A stretch of 64,000 nucleotides of DNA from an uncultured virus (IMG/VR IMGVR_UViG_3300019776_000649) (lineage: Duplodnaviria; Heunggongvirae; Uroviricota; Caudoviricetes): IMG/VR virus record IMGVR_UViG_3300019776_000649, one strand, 5' to 3'. Shown one piece after another: positions 1 through 10,181 of the stretch. How positions within the stretch are numbered: the first letter of the stretch is position 1; each line of letters begins with the position of its first letter. Both the position numbers and the translations under genes were made by a program. The notes under the pieces are model-generated. The model saw only the letters and a list, made by a program, of their open reading frames with translations. It had not been told where the DNA came from and made no database searches.

Positions 1-12
1 ATGGGAAATTCC

Positions 13-40
13 TTGACAAGCAAAAAGGACATGATAGAAT
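13..40 (+). promoter_or_regulatory. sigma70-type promoter of the tRNA
   Basis: TTGACA (13-18), 16 bp spacer, extended -10 TGnTAGAAT (32-40), 10 nt before the tRNA. Confidence 0.75.
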
Positions 41-50
41 ACCTCCCGTT

Positions 51-124
51 GCACTCGTAGCTCAGTGGATTAGAGCATCTGGTTGCGGTCCAGAAGGTCA
101 CAGGTTCGAGTCCTGTCGAGTGCA
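51..124 (+). tRNA. tRNA-Arg, anticodon GCG (CCA not encoded); probable integration site
   Basis: Acceptor stem GCACTCG/CGAGTGC, D arm GCTC..GAGC, anticodon arm TCTGG-TTGCGGT-CCAGA, T loop GGTTCGAGTCC. Confidence 0.95.
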
Positions 125-186
125 TTTTTCCTCACAGTTTCATGGTTGCAACAGGGATTGCAAGTGCCAAACAAAGGCTTGCAATC

Positions 187-1215
187 ATGAAACTCCCCCA
201 AACTGACGGGTTACAACCCGACCTCCCCCTAAACGACGCTTTCGACCAGTACAGAACCTTTATCAGGGCTGAACGTGGTCTTACTACATCCACTGTAGAG
301 AGCTACATGTCATGGTTACACCACTTTTCTAAGTGGCTAGAGTCAAACGGACATGAAAAACCATCTCTGTCTCTCTTCAACCAGGCGGTTCTCACCAGTT
401 TTATCAACTATCTGCATGGCAAAAAACTAAGACCTCGCTCAATCAGAAGCGTTTTCTTTCCACTCCGTAGCTTTGGTGACTTTCTCGTACTGAGATTAGG
501 GTTTTCAGAGAACTATGCCAAGCTAGTTCAGCTCCCAAAGAAGGATGCCGCCGTTCGCCTCACAGTCTCAGACCAGGAGGTTCAGCTACTCCTTGAATCC
601 GCAACACGAATCAAAAACCAGAAGCGGTCGAAGATGGCAGTTGCAATCATTTCGGTCATGGCTTACTCCGGTCTGAGGCGATCTGAAATCCTTGGACTGA
701 ATCTACAGGATGTAAAATTCTCAGATGGCTCTGTCCTGGTCCGGTCTGGCAAAGGAGGAAAGAGTCGCAGAGTTTTTCCAAGTCAGGTCTGCCTTACGTC
801 GATCATGGACTACATTTCCGTGAGGCAGTCCAATATCGACGCGCTGTTCATCGGTGGTGGCGGTCAAAGGCTTGGCGAGCAAGCACTCTCTTCCGTTCTT
901 GAGGAAGTCAAGTGCATCGCTGGGCTCAGGGGCGAGTCTCGCGTCTGCATCCATGCCCTTCGTCACAACTGCGCTACCCGACTCCTCCGCAATGGAGCGG
1001 ACATAGGGCAGATCAAGCAATTTCTCGGTCACTCCTCGATCCAGACGACAGAAATTTACTTGCACACCGGGGAGGAAGATATACGTGGCATCGCGGATAA
1101 GACGGGCTTCATATTATCAAAAACTGAATTACCGAAACCAAGACATCCAGAGGCACAGACATCGCACCGACCGATAAGGTCTTCAGTTCAGCAGAGGCGG
1201 TCGCGAAGGGGTTGA
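187..1215 (+). CDS. Tyrosine recombinase/integrase (XerC/D-like fold)
   Basis: SAM-like N-terminus; catalytic motifs GLRRSE, GKGGK, HALRH, LGHSSIQTTEIY; alternative start 142. Confidence 0.92.
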   Translation: MKLPQTDGLQPDLPLNDAFDQYRTFIRAERGLTTSTVESYMSWLHHFSKWLESNGHEKPSLSLFNQAVLTSFINYLHGKKLRPRSIRSVFFPLRSFGDFLVLRLGFSENYAKLVQLPKKDAAVRLTVSDQEVQLLLESATRIKNQKRSKMAVAIISVMAYSGLRRSEILGLNLQDVKFSDGSVLVRSGKGGKSRRVFPSQVCLTSIMDYISVRQSNIDALFIGGGGQRLGEQALSSVLEEVKCIAGLRGESRVCIHALRHNCATRLLRNGADIGQIKQFLGHSSIQTTEIYLHTGEEDIRGIADKTGFILSKTELPKPRHPEAQTSHRPIRSSVQQRRSRRG

Positions 1216-1282
1216 TCCCAGTTTGAGGGCAAAGCATCGGCTATACTGAGAGCACAAGTAAGATGGTGGACTGGAGTCTTCA

Positions 1283-1756
1283 TTGAGTGACAAAATTAAT
1301 ACCCACGGGTTGATCTGTGATTTTGGCAAACACAAGGGGACTCCGTGGACACAAGTACCTGTCAGTTATCTTAACTGGATTGTGAACGAGCAAGACCACT
1401 CAAGGAAGACTATTGCTGAAGCGGAATTGAAACGTCGTGGCACGGTTGTTCCTGACATTGATATATCAGGTCATGCGATAGATCGCGTCTCTCAACAGTG
1501 CCTTTCGATCTGGGAAGAAACACGTATCAATGACGAAGGGTTACACGCATGGTTAGTCCGTATGGCCTCTGAAGCACGGTCATTAGGTAATGTAGATGCC
1601 AAACATTCCTTTTATTATCAGGATATGAAATTTGTCTTCGAGGAAGGCAATGTATATCCCGTACTCAAAACTGTCATGCGGAAGAAGTGGCGACCCGAGA
1701 TGTCCACTGAATCGGAAGTTAAGAGTGAAGACAAAGAGGCTGTCGATGGAGAGTAA
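1283..1756 (+). CDS. Hypothetical protein with N-terminal DUF3820-like motif
   Basis: FGKHKG..W..VP..YL.W motif; TTG start after GGAG. Confidence 0.6.
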   Translation: MSDKINTHGLICDFGKHKGTPWTQVPVSYLNWIVNEQDHSRKTIAEAELKRRGTVVPDIDISGHAIDRVSQQCLSIWEETRINDEGLHAWLVRMASEARSLGNVDAKHSFYYQDMKFVFEEGNVYPVLKTVMRKKWRPEMSTESEVKSEDKEAVDGE

Positions 1757-2204
1757 CTGGAATGCTTCAGACGAATGGTATTGGGAGGGCAATATAGTAA
1801 AGAGGGTCGTCTCTCACCTTGTACAGGAAGGTTGGCATATAACTAATACTGCCAATACATTCTCCCGTGAAACTGGAGTTGACATCGAGGCACTGCGTAA
1901 CGGGACGAGGTTGCTTATCGAAGTCAAGGGGTATCCTTCAGTCTTCTATACACAAGGCGAAAACAAGGGAAGGATAAAGAAGACGACACCGCCAACTCAG
2001 GCACGACACTGGTTTGCAGAGGTCCTTTTCTCCGCGATCCTTCGGCAAACAGCCCACCCGTCTGCACTTGTCGCCATTGCACTTCCAGACAATAAGTGTT
2101 ACGCGTCCTTAGCTGTGCGAGCGACAGTGGCACTGAAAAAATTAGACATCACTCTATACTGGGTTACTGAGTCAGGTGAAGTTCGCATATCAGACCTGAA
2201 GTAA
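1746..2204 (+). CDS. PD-(D/E)XK restriction-endonuclease-like protein
   Basis: E...GVDIEA....LLIEVKG catalytic pattern; ATG overlaps the end of the upstream gene. Confidence 0.7.
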   Translation: MESNWNASDEWYWEGNIVKRVVSHLVQEGWHITNTANTFSRETGVDIEALRNGTRLLIEVKGYPSVFYTQGENKGRIKKTTPPTQARHWFAEVLFSAILRQTAHPSALVAIALPDNKCYASLAVRATVALKKLDITLYWVTESGEVRISDLK

Positions 2205-2262
2205 TACAAATGTTTGTCTCCAGGCAAAGGATATTATCACAAATCTGTATAATTCAATCCTC

Positions 2263-5200
2263 ATGGCAGCTTCCAGTATCGTTGATAACCAAGACCCTAA
2301 TACTCTTCTGGCAAAACTAAAAGAGATCGGAACCGGAGGGAAAGAACTCTGCATTGCCACTGCATTTTTTTCCCTCGATGCCCTTCTCTTGGTTGCCGAT
2401 GCGCTAGATGGTTTCGATAAAATCCGAATCCTTTTCGGCGACGATGCAGATGCTAAGCAAAGACTTAGGCTGATGGCAATGCTCCGGCTTCAGTCGGACG
2501 CTGACCTACTAGTTCAGCGTGAAAGTCAACCGAATCTTACGCCACTCAAAAAGGTAGAGGCGCTGTTTGTTGCCGGGAAAATCGAGGCACGATGCTACAC
2601 CGCCAAGAAATTCCACGCCAAAGCCTATCTCGTTCGTCGCCCCGTGTTCCCTCCAGAGCTTGGGGTTCTTGGTAGCGGAAACTTTACTCGCGCAGGGCTG
2701 ACGCAAAATATTGAACTGAACGTTTTTCTTACGACAGAGCAAACCGATCAACTTGGCGCTTGGTTTGAAGAGCGTTGGAAAGAGGCTGTCAAAGATGACG
2801 TGACCGCCGATGTCCTTCAAGAAATTCGACGACAGATTGATCTTTACGACCCCTATGTGCTGTACCTGAAGGCTCTAACACTGTGGGGTCAACAGCAACA
2901 GGATAATTCTGCCTTGGTGGGCAGTGCGCTCGCCCAGGTGCTTGACCCACACCAAATACAGGGATACAGGAAGGCGCTGCGTATTCTGGATCAGCAACAT
3001 GGAGTGATGGTTTGCGACGGCGTAGGATTAGGCAAGAGCTTCATTGCCCTAGCTTTAATGGAGAAGTATTGCCGTGATGGACTAAATGTACTTCTGATCG
3101 CCCCAAAAAGCATTTTAGTTTCGAGCTGGCAGGGCTACCTTAAGGAATACTTAAGTCGTTACACGCAACCCTTTGGCTCTATTTATGATACAGCTATGAC
3201 AGCCTTTGGATTCGATCCTGATGAAGAGAAGGCTGATGATACGACAAAAGCCAAGATCGAAGAACTGAGACGACTTGCAGAGCGTGCAGATGTAGTGGTG
3301 ATTGACGAGTCGCACAATTTTAGGACAACATCTGCCGCCCGATACAAGAATCTGCTAGAGATAGTCGGCCCAAGCCGAGGACGGCGCAAGAAGACTATCC
3401 TATTAACGGCAACTCCGATCAATACTGCATATCACGATATGAGCGCACAGCTCACCCTAATTACGCACCAGGAGGGAAGTATCGGTGGCTATCATATTGA
3501 CCAGATTCGTCGCTTTGCACGCGAGCTAGATAAAACAGGTAGTCCTATCGCATCTCCATACGGTCAGCTTTCAATGGAACTTTATGAGACTCCGAGCGAA
3601 TCGCTGAACCGAGTGTTAGAGAGTGTACTAATCCAACGAAGCCGCAAGACATGTAAGGCTCTGTCCGAAGCAGCAGGGAAAAAATTGCTGTTTCCCAAAA
3701 GGCGAGACCCAGAATGCATCCAGTATGAATTTGATGAGAGTAGCGCCGTTTTTGGTAATTTGGTTGATCTGACAGATAAGAGATTTCGGCCAGGGGTAAA
3801 CCTCTTCCAAAAGCTAAAGGCAACACTTGACAGCGCCGAGGCTGACATCAACGTTAAAGCCCTAGCAAAGCTCATCAAGGTGAAGGTCGAAGGTATTAAA
3901 CTCGCGGCATTCCTGACTGAGCAGTACAGATATGAGCCCAAGCCTGGGGGTAAGGTCTACCTTGACGAAGTGCGATTGGCGGGCTTAGTTTTCTCCAACA
4001 CGCTCAAGCAACTTGAATCTAGCCCGGTGGCCTTTCAGGGCATTCTTCAGAGTCTTGGAACTGGTCTAATTGCTCGCTTAAAACAGTCGCTTGGCGAGGA
4101 GGCCGACGCTCTCATTGCACCTCATCGCGATTGGGTACGAACACCTCTATTTCCCACGATAACTGTGGCAGAACCAGAGGAATCTGATGAAGGATTGTTC
4201 GCTGATCCTGATCTTCTGGATGATGGTGATTCACTTGATACCTCAGGCGGTGAGGTAGATGATTGGCTTGTCCAAGCAATCCGTCAGCGGGGACTTGCAA
4301 AAAAGCTAGAGGACTTCAACTCTCAGGACTTCGATGTGGATCGTTGGCGCGATGATATTCTGTCTGATCTGAAGTTCTTGAAGGAGATTCATGCTGCAAC
4401 TATTACTGTGCGACAGCATCCCGATCCAAAGCTCGATGAGGTTATCTCCCGTCTGCGTCTCAATCTAAGCAATAATCGCCGAGTCCTGATTTTCACGCAG
4501 AGCCAAAGGACAGCGGACTATCTGGAACGAGAACTGAAAGCTCGCCTAAAAGACGCAGGGGTGGCCAGAATTGACTCTCGTGTAGAGAAGACCAGAGCTG
4601 CAATTCTTCATGCATTTTGCCCAGGTTATAATGCAGCGCCGTCGTCATGGCCATACTCTATTCCTCGTCGAGTAGACATACTGATCTCCACAGATGTCCT
4701 TGCAGAGGGTGTGAACCTGCAAGAAGCTGGAGCTATCCTGAACTATGATATTCACTGGAACCCAGTTCGTCTTATCCAGAGGATTGGCCGCGTAGATCGC
4801 CGCTTAAACCCGACGATCACACCGGACACCCACGAGTTTTCAATTTACAACGTCTTGCCGCCACCAGACATTGAGAAGATCATTGGCCTTGTTGGAGCAG
4901 TGGAAAATAGGACACTCAAGATTAGTAGGACGCTTGGCTTGGATGTCTCCTTCTTCAAGTCTACCGATCCGGCGGGTAATCTAAAAGAGTTCAACAGTCA
5001 GTATGAAGGTGAGCTAAGTCTCACTGACAAAGCCCTGACACAGTATGTCCATTTGACTACCGTTGAGCCTCCCAAGCCTGAGGTTCAACACCTCTTGGAT
5101 CAACTCCCTCTAGGTGCGTTCGGGGTGTGGAAGGGTGCTCCTGAGGCAGGAGTATTTGCACTGTTTACCTTGGAGCCTACCCGGAAAGCTACTGAGGCTG

Positions 5201-5466
5201 ATAAAGAAAAGTTTGCAGCATTGCTAGGGTATCCTATCCTTGGAATGATCTACTCCAGTGGAATAACCACTTTCGATTCAGGGAAGATTCTTGAGATTCT
5301 CAGCGGAACCACTCCGGGCGAACACTCCAGTAATCCATCAGATGAGGCAATGCTGTCGATCCAGATCAAATCTCTTAAAAACACTGCTCGCGGACGGTTC
5401 CGTGACATCAACCTACCTTCGACGATTGTCCCGAAACTCTCCTGCTGGATGGAATTGAAACCATGA
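2263..5466 (+). CDS. PLD-nuclease / SNF2-type SF2 helicase fusion (RM-associated)
   Basis: FHAKAY...GSGNFT PLD motif; DGVGLGKS, DESH, TATP, LAEGVNL and QRIGRVDR helicase motifs. Confidence 0.9.
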   Translation: MAASSIVDNQDPNTLLAKLKEIGTGGKELCIATAFFSLDALLLVADALDGFDKIRILFGDDADAKQRLRLMAMLRLQSDADLLVQRESQPNLTPLKKVEALFVAGKIEARCYTAKKFHAKAYLVRRPVFPPELGVLGSGNFTRAGLTQNIELNVFLTTEQTDQLGAWFEERWKEAVKDDVTADVLQEIRRQIDLYDPYVLYLKALTLWGQQQQDNSALVGSALAQVLDPHQIQGYRKALRILDQQHGVMVCDGVGLGKSFIALALMEKYCRDGLNVLLIAPKSILVSSWQGYLKEYLSRYTQPFGSIYDTAMTAFGFDPDEEKADDTTKAKIEELRRLAERADVVVIDESHNFRTTSAARYKNLLEIVGPSRGRRKKTILLTATPINTAYHDMSAQLTLITHQEGSIGGYHIDQIRRFARELDKTGSPIASPYGQLSMELYETPSESLNRVLESVLIQRSRKTCKALSEAAGKKLLFPKRRDPECIQYEFDESSAVFGNLVDLTDKRFRPGVNLFQKLKATLDSAEADINVKALAKLIKVKVEGIKLAAFLTEQYRYEPKPGGKVYLDEVRLAGLVFSNTLKQLESSPVAFQGILQSLGTGLIARLKQSLGEEADALIAPHRDWVRTPLFPTITVAEPEESDEGLFADPDLLDDGDSLDTSGGEVDDWLVQAIRQRGLAKKLEDFNSQDFDVDRWRDDILSDLKFLKEIHAATITVRQHPDPKLDEVISRLRLNLSNNRRVLIFTQSQRTADYLERELKARLKDAGVARIDSRVEKTRAAILHAFCPGYNAAPSSWPYSIPRRVDILISTDVLAEGVNLQEAGAILNYDIHWNPVRLIQRIGRVDRRLNPTITPDTHEFSIYNVLPPPDIEKIIGLVGAVENRTLKISRTLGLDVSFFKSTDPAGNLKEFNSQYEGELSLTDKALTQYVHLTTVEPPKPEVQHLLDQLPLGAFGVWKGAPEAGVFALFTLEPTRKATEADKEKFAALLGYPILGMIYSSGITTFDSGKILEILSGTTPGEHSSNPSDEAMLSIQIKSLKNTARGRFRDINLPSTIVPKLSCWMELKP

Positions 5467-8400
5467 GTATCACATCTGACGATCTGAGCCGAATCAGAAA
5501 TCGTGAGAGCCTATTTGCCTTCCTGAAAGAGAAACTGAATTGGCCGCTTGATCCTGAAGACCCGTATACCTACGATGAGCAACAGGTCGCAGGGCGGGCA
5601 TCGGCACAGGCACAAGTAAGCCGACTAATCCCCTTTACCGGAAGTGATCCTTATGCCATCTTCCTGCTGGAGTTCAATACTCGCTTCCGACGCACTGACC
5701 TGCGGGAGATTTTGCGTGGGATTCGCACCAAGATTCGGGAGAAAGCCGCCTACGGTGGCGCGGCACTAGAGAGTTTGGTTTTTGTCTGCGCGACGGAGAA
5801 CTACAAAGGGCTCCGCTTCTGCCATTTCGAGGAGAGAGAGAAACGACAACCACGCCTACGCTCGTTCGGCTTTGAGCAAGAAAGTATAGAGGAGACGCGC
5901 ACACTCCGCGATACAAACTTGCCAGCTCTAGCTGTGGCAACGAATCTTATGGGAGAGATTGATTGGAAGGGTTGTGGCAAGAGCTGGTTGAGTGCCTGGG
6001 ACGTGGAATCGGTGACAAAGCTCTTCTTCAAGGACTACAAGCGGGTCTTTGAAGAGGTAGAGGAACAGATCACAGGAGTCAAGGCAGAGAAGCGCCTCTT
6101 TGTCCAGCGCCTCTTCAACCGACTCATGTTCATCCACTTCTTAAGTAAAAAAGGATGGCTAGAGACCCCAAGTGGCAGGAAGGATTACCTCCACGCGCTT
6201 TGGGCAGACCGAAGGCAACAGGAAAACTTTTACCGTACTTATCTGACAACATTATTTTTTTCGGGACTGAATGCTCCAGGAGGCTACGATCTTACAATTG
6301 GTGTGGGGCCACTGATCGGCAAGGTGCCATTCCTCAATGGAGGACTTTTTGAGCCTGCCGCCAATGACCAAAAGGATGAGGTTGTACCTGATTCGGCTGT
6401 CCATGAAATTCTAGCTCTGTTTGCACGCTATCGCTTTACCATCACTGAGTCCACGCCCGATGACCAAGAAGTCGCGGTAGACCCGGAGATGTTGGGAAAA
6501 GTCTTTGAGGAGTTGGTTACTGGCCGTCATGAGTCTGGTAGTTACTACACCCCTCGTCCGATTGTCGCTTTCATGTGCCGCGAGGCTCTCAAGGGCTACC
6601 TAACTCCAATTTGTGGCTCTGAGGCTACCGCCGCGCTGGTTGACCGCCACGAGGCTGATACCATCGCCGACCCAGAAGCGGTCTTGAAGGCGCTACACAC
6701 TGTGCGCGTGGTAGACCCCGCCTGTGGCTCAGGGGCGTACCTTCTGGGTATGCTCCACGAGTTAATGGCACTGCGCCAGTCACTCTTTGCTGCTCGCAAG
6801 GTTGACCCAAAGACCGACTATAAGCGCAAGTTGGAGATTATACAGAACAACCTCTACGGTGTGGACCTCGATCCCTTCGCTATCGAAACCGCACGTCTGC
6901 GTCTCTGGCTCTCGCTTACGGTAGATTTCGATGGCGATAAGCCCGAGCCGCTTCCCAATCTGGACTTCAAGATCGAGCAAGGCGATAGTCTACTTGGTCC
7001 CTGTCCTGAGTCTGGAGCTGAGGTAGACGCTGGAAAAGGCAAGAGCGTTGATGTTAACCGTGAAAATCTAATTAACGAGTTCGAGACAAAAAAGGCCGAT
7101 TTTGCCAATCCCTATTGGTCAGGTAATAAGTCAGAGCTACGAAAGCAGATTGAAAAAGTGCGCCAGGAAATCTTTCTTTGGTGGGGGAGATCGTCCAAGG
7201 GCTTTGACTGGCGCGTCGAGTTTGCTGAAGCGTTCCGAGAAGGCGGTTTCGACATCGTGCTCGCCAACCCGCCCTACGTCCGCCAAGAACTTATTACCGA
7301 GAGCAAACCAACCCTAAAAACCCTTTACCCTACTGTCTACAAGGGCACCGCTGATCTCTACTGCTACTTCTACGCTCGCTCGACGGAACTTCTGCGCCAA
7401 GGCGGAATGCTGGCCTTTATCAGTCCTAACAAATGGTTCAAAGCTGCCTACGGCGCACCCTTGAGAAAACACATGACTGAGACGTGTTGCATCGAGAGCA
7501 TTACCGACTTCGGAGAATTACCTGTCTTCGAGACCGCAGCCACATTTCCAATGATTTTTGTCGCGCAAAAAGGCAAGCCCGATACTCCCAACATGCCGAC
7601 CTTTACACAAGTCAAAAGCCTAGAAGACCCCTATCCAGACGTTCTAGCCTTGATAGTAGAGAGCGGCTTTCCCCTACCCACAACAGCACTGAACGGCGAG
7701 AACTGGACGCTCACTAATGCCACGATTGCCGACAAGCTTCAGAAGATGGAAAAAGCTGGGATTCCTCTTGTTGAGTATGTTAAAGGCAAAATCTACCGTG
7801 GTGTTCTGACAGGTTTCAATAAAGCCTTCGTCATTGATGGAGCTAAACGCGCTGAATTGATTGCAGCCGATCCAAAGAGCGCAGAGATTATCAAACCTCT
7901 AGCTGTTGGCGACGATGTTCGTAAGTGGCAAATTAACAAGAAAGATACTTGGATCATTTTCACACGACGTGGAATCGACATTGATAAATATATTGCGATC
8001 AAAAAACATTTACTTCAGTGGGAATCAGAACTCACCCCAAAAACATCTGATTCAAATATCGGACGTAAACCAGGTAGATATAAATGGTATGAAATACAAG
8101 ATGATATTGCATATTTTAATGAATTTAGCAAACATAAAATCATATATCCTGAAATTTGCAGTGAACCTAGATTTTCTTATGATAGAGATCAAATTTATAC
8201 TAACAACAAAGCTTTTATCATCCCTTTAGAAGATACTTTTTTATTAGCTATACTTAATTCTTCACATGTTTGGGAATATGCAAAATCAATTTGCTCATCA
8301 CTCGGCGACGAAAATAAAGGAGGGCGCTTGATGTTGCAATGGACAAATTTTCAACGTCTCCCTGTTCCTCATGCAACAGATTCCCAAAAGGCGGTGGTAT

Positions 8401-8510
8401 CTGATTTAGTAGAAAAGATTCTGGAGAAAAAGAAGGAAAACCCAAATGCTGATGTGAGTGCCTGGGAAACAGAGATTGATTCACAAGTTGCTGAGTTATA
8501 TGGACTTTGA
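5463..8510 (+). CDS. Type IIG/Eco57I-like N6-adenine methyltransferase with TaqI-like TRD
   Basis: FLNGGLF, GSYYTP, DPACGSGAYL, NPPY motifs and C-terminal TRD; ATGA overlap with the helicase gene. Confidence 0.9.
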   Translation: MSITSDDLSRIRNRESLFAFLKEKLNWPLDPEDPYTYDEQQVAGRASAQAQVSRLIPFTGSDPYAIFLLEFNTRFRRTDLREILRGIRTKIREKAAYGGAALESLVFVCATENYKGLRFCHFEEREKRQPRLRSFGFEQESIEETRTLRDTNLPALAVATNLMGEIDWKGCGKSWLSAWDVESVTKLFFKDYKRVFEEVEEQITGVKAEKRLFVQRLFNRLMFIHFLSKKGWLETPSGRKDYLHALWADRRQQENFYRTYLTTLFFSGLNAPGGYDLTIGVGPLIGKVPFLNGGLFEPAANDQKDEVVPDSAVHEILALFARYRFTITESTPDDQEVAVDPEMLGKVFEELVTGRHESGSYYTPRPIVAFMCREALKGYLTPICGSEATAALVDRHEADTIADPEAVLKALHTVRVVDPACGSGAYLLGMLHELMALRQSLFAARKVDPKTDYKRKLEIIQNNLYGVDLDPFAIETARLRLWLSLTVDFDGDKPEPLPNLDFKIEQGDSLLGPCPESGAEVDAGKGKSVDVNRENLINEFETKKADFANPYWSGNKSELRKQIEKVRQEIFLWWGRSSKGFDWRVEFAEAFREGGFDIVLANPPYVRQELITESKPTLKTLYPTVYKGTADLYCYFYARSTELLRQGGMLAFISPNKWFKAAYGAPLRKHMTETCCIESITDFGELPVFETAATFPMIFVAQKGKPDTPNMPTFTQVKSLEDPYPDVLALIVESGFPLPTTALNGENWTLTNATIADKLQKMEKAGIPLVEYVKGKIYRGVLTGFNKAFVIDGAKRAELIAADPKSAEIIKPLAVGDDVRKWQINKKDTWIIFTRRGIDIDKYIAIKKHLLQWESELTPKTSDSNIGRKPGRYKWYEIQDDIAYFNEFSKHKIIYPEICSEPRFSYDRDQIYTNNKAFIIPLEDTFLLAILNSSHVWEYAKSICSSLGDENKGGRLMLQWTNFQRLPVPHATDSQKAVVSDLVEKILEKKKENPNADVSAWETEIDSQVAELYGL

Positions 8511-8524
8511 GGTATACAGGGTAT

Positions 8525-8752
8525 ATGACAGAATTAGCCGAAGGTAGCCGAGAGTTATTAACAGTGTCACAAGCTGCTGATCTACTCCAGCTATCGCCGT
8601 CGTCCATTCGAACCTATATGCGGTCAGGCAAGCTTAAGGCATTCCGGGTTGCAGGGAAACGCAGGGTGCTCATCTTACGTTCTGATCTTATGGCACTTTT
8701 AGAACCTCATTCTGCCAATACCACAGATAAAGTTAAGGAGGCATACATCTAA
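8525..8752 (+). CDS. Excisionase-like HTH DNA-binding protein
   Basis: LLTVSQAADLLQLSPSSIRTYMRSGKLKAFRV matches the Xis/HTH_17 pattern. Confidence 0.8.
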   Translation: MTELAEGSRELLTVSQAADLLQLSPSSIRTYMRSGKLKAFRVAGKRRVLILRSDLMALLEPHSANTTDKVKEAYI

Positions 8753-9612
8753 TGGGAACGAAAAAGATTAAAATAGATTTCTTTAGAGTTGACTTAGGCT
8801 CTAGTGATCCCAAGAAATTTAGAGAATATTTAGGGGCCATACAAAAAACTAGCTACGACAAAAAGCTATGGAAATGGTATGACGATTGGTTCAGGATTGA
8901 CAATATTAGAATAAATGAAAAAAGCTGCTATGGCGAATTTATGCGTCTAAAACCTGAAGTTGCAGCCAGAATTATATTCTTAGAAAAGGAAGGTGTACAT
9001 GACATGGAATTACCACCCGATTCCTTTGTAGGAGGCGGATTACCATTCATGTATTTCGATGAATGTGAAACATTAATCATGCAACGTGATCGGAATATGG
9101 CTAATCATTGGCGAATAGCTGAATATATTAGAAATATAGGAGGATGTAGTTATCTTATAGTTACTCCAATAATGAAAGGCAATCTACAACTTTCTTCATT
9201 TAAGAAGATTTATAAGTTTGAGTTGAGCACCGCTATGCCTAAGAACCAGAAAGTTACCGAAATAGGCACAGGTGATGCACTCGATCTCATGAATATTTAC
9301 AACGCTCATAATATCAATATTTGTCTTTCCGCAAATCGTGGAAAGTCTGTAGTACCATTAGATAGAGACGTTGTGATTCAAACAATTGAGAGGGCTGGTT
9401 TGATGGGTATGCGCCCCAGAAAGAACAAAGTCACGGGGCAAATCAGTGAAGCACTAGAAAATGAAGTATTAGACCTCATTAAAGATAAATTGGAGCATGA
9501 AGTAACAATTCCATTTTCTGGCAGAGAACCGTTGCCTCATGAAATTGCTCCATTTCTACAGACTGCCTACGATAAATATGCATCAAAACTTGATGTAAAG
9601 CCTAAGTCATAA
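8752..9612 (+). CDS. Hypothetical soluble protein (possibly DUF4747/DUF6731-like)
   Basis: 286 aa AT-rich ORF with RBS AAGGAGG; family call is by impression only. Confidence 0.55.
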   Translation: MGTKKIKIDFFRVDLGSSDPKKFREYLGAIQKTSYDKKLWKWYDDWFRIDNIRINEKSCYGEFMRLKPEVAARIIFLEKEGVHDMELPPDSFVGGGLPFMYFDECETLIMQRDRNMANHWRIAEYIRNIGGCSYLIVTPIMKGNLQLSSFKKIYKFELSTAMPKNQKVTEIGTGDALDLMNIYNAHNINICLSANRGKSVVPLDRDVVIQTIERAGLMGMRPRKNKVTGQISEALENEVLDLIKDKLEHEVTIPFSGREPLPHEIAPFLQTAYDKYASKLDVKPKS

Positions 9613-9620
9613 CCTAACGA

Positions 9621-10151
9621 ATGACTTATCATAGAAAAACAATGCAACAGAGAGAGATCGAACACACATCCAATAATAATGAGGAGGATCAAAAGCCACA
9701 GAGCTTCAAAGCAGGAAAGAAAAAAGAGCTTTGGGCACCTTATTTTGTGGCTGCAATTTTTGCTATTGCTTCATGTATGATGCCAATCTCGATGAAATTA
9801 AAAATTGAAAAAGACCTTGCTAATCCAGTTCTAACAATGTCAGCTATACTTATCGCATTTATTGCAACCTCCATGACTATTATTTTGGCATCATTAGGTC
9901 TTAAAGCTATGAAGCACTTGCAGTCTATCCCAGGCGTATTGAAAGGATTTGTAGGTTATCATACACAAGCCATCTGGTTTGGAATGATAGGTTGTGGGTT
10001 ATCTATGGTTGCAATAATCGTTTCTGATAAACCCTACAATATATGGCATCATTTATTTTTTTTGATTTGGTCTTTCTGTTTTTACTCTGCTATTACCACA
10101 TTTGTTCGCGTAGTTCATCTTCTACATCGAATTTTAATTCAATCACTGTGA
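9621..10151 (+). CDS. Membrane protein (~4 TM)
   Basis: Four hydrophobic segments; 8 bp after the previous gene. Confidence 0.75.
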   Translation: MTYHRKTMQQREIEHTSNNNEEDQKPQSFKAGKKKELWAPYFVAAIFAIASCMMPISMKLKIEKDLANPVLTMSAILIAFIATSMTIILASLGLKAMKHLQSIPGVLKGFVGYHTQAIWFGMIGCGLSMVAIIVSDKPYNIWHHLFFLIWSFCFYSAITTFVRVVHLLHRILIQSL

Positions 10152-10181
10152 TACTCATGTTCATCGGGAAAGAGGGACGAT

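Noticed and set aside
100..124. attR duplicate of the tRNA 3' end within the window
   Set aside because: Not found by eye; the element appears to continue past 64000, so the boundaries are unconfirmed.
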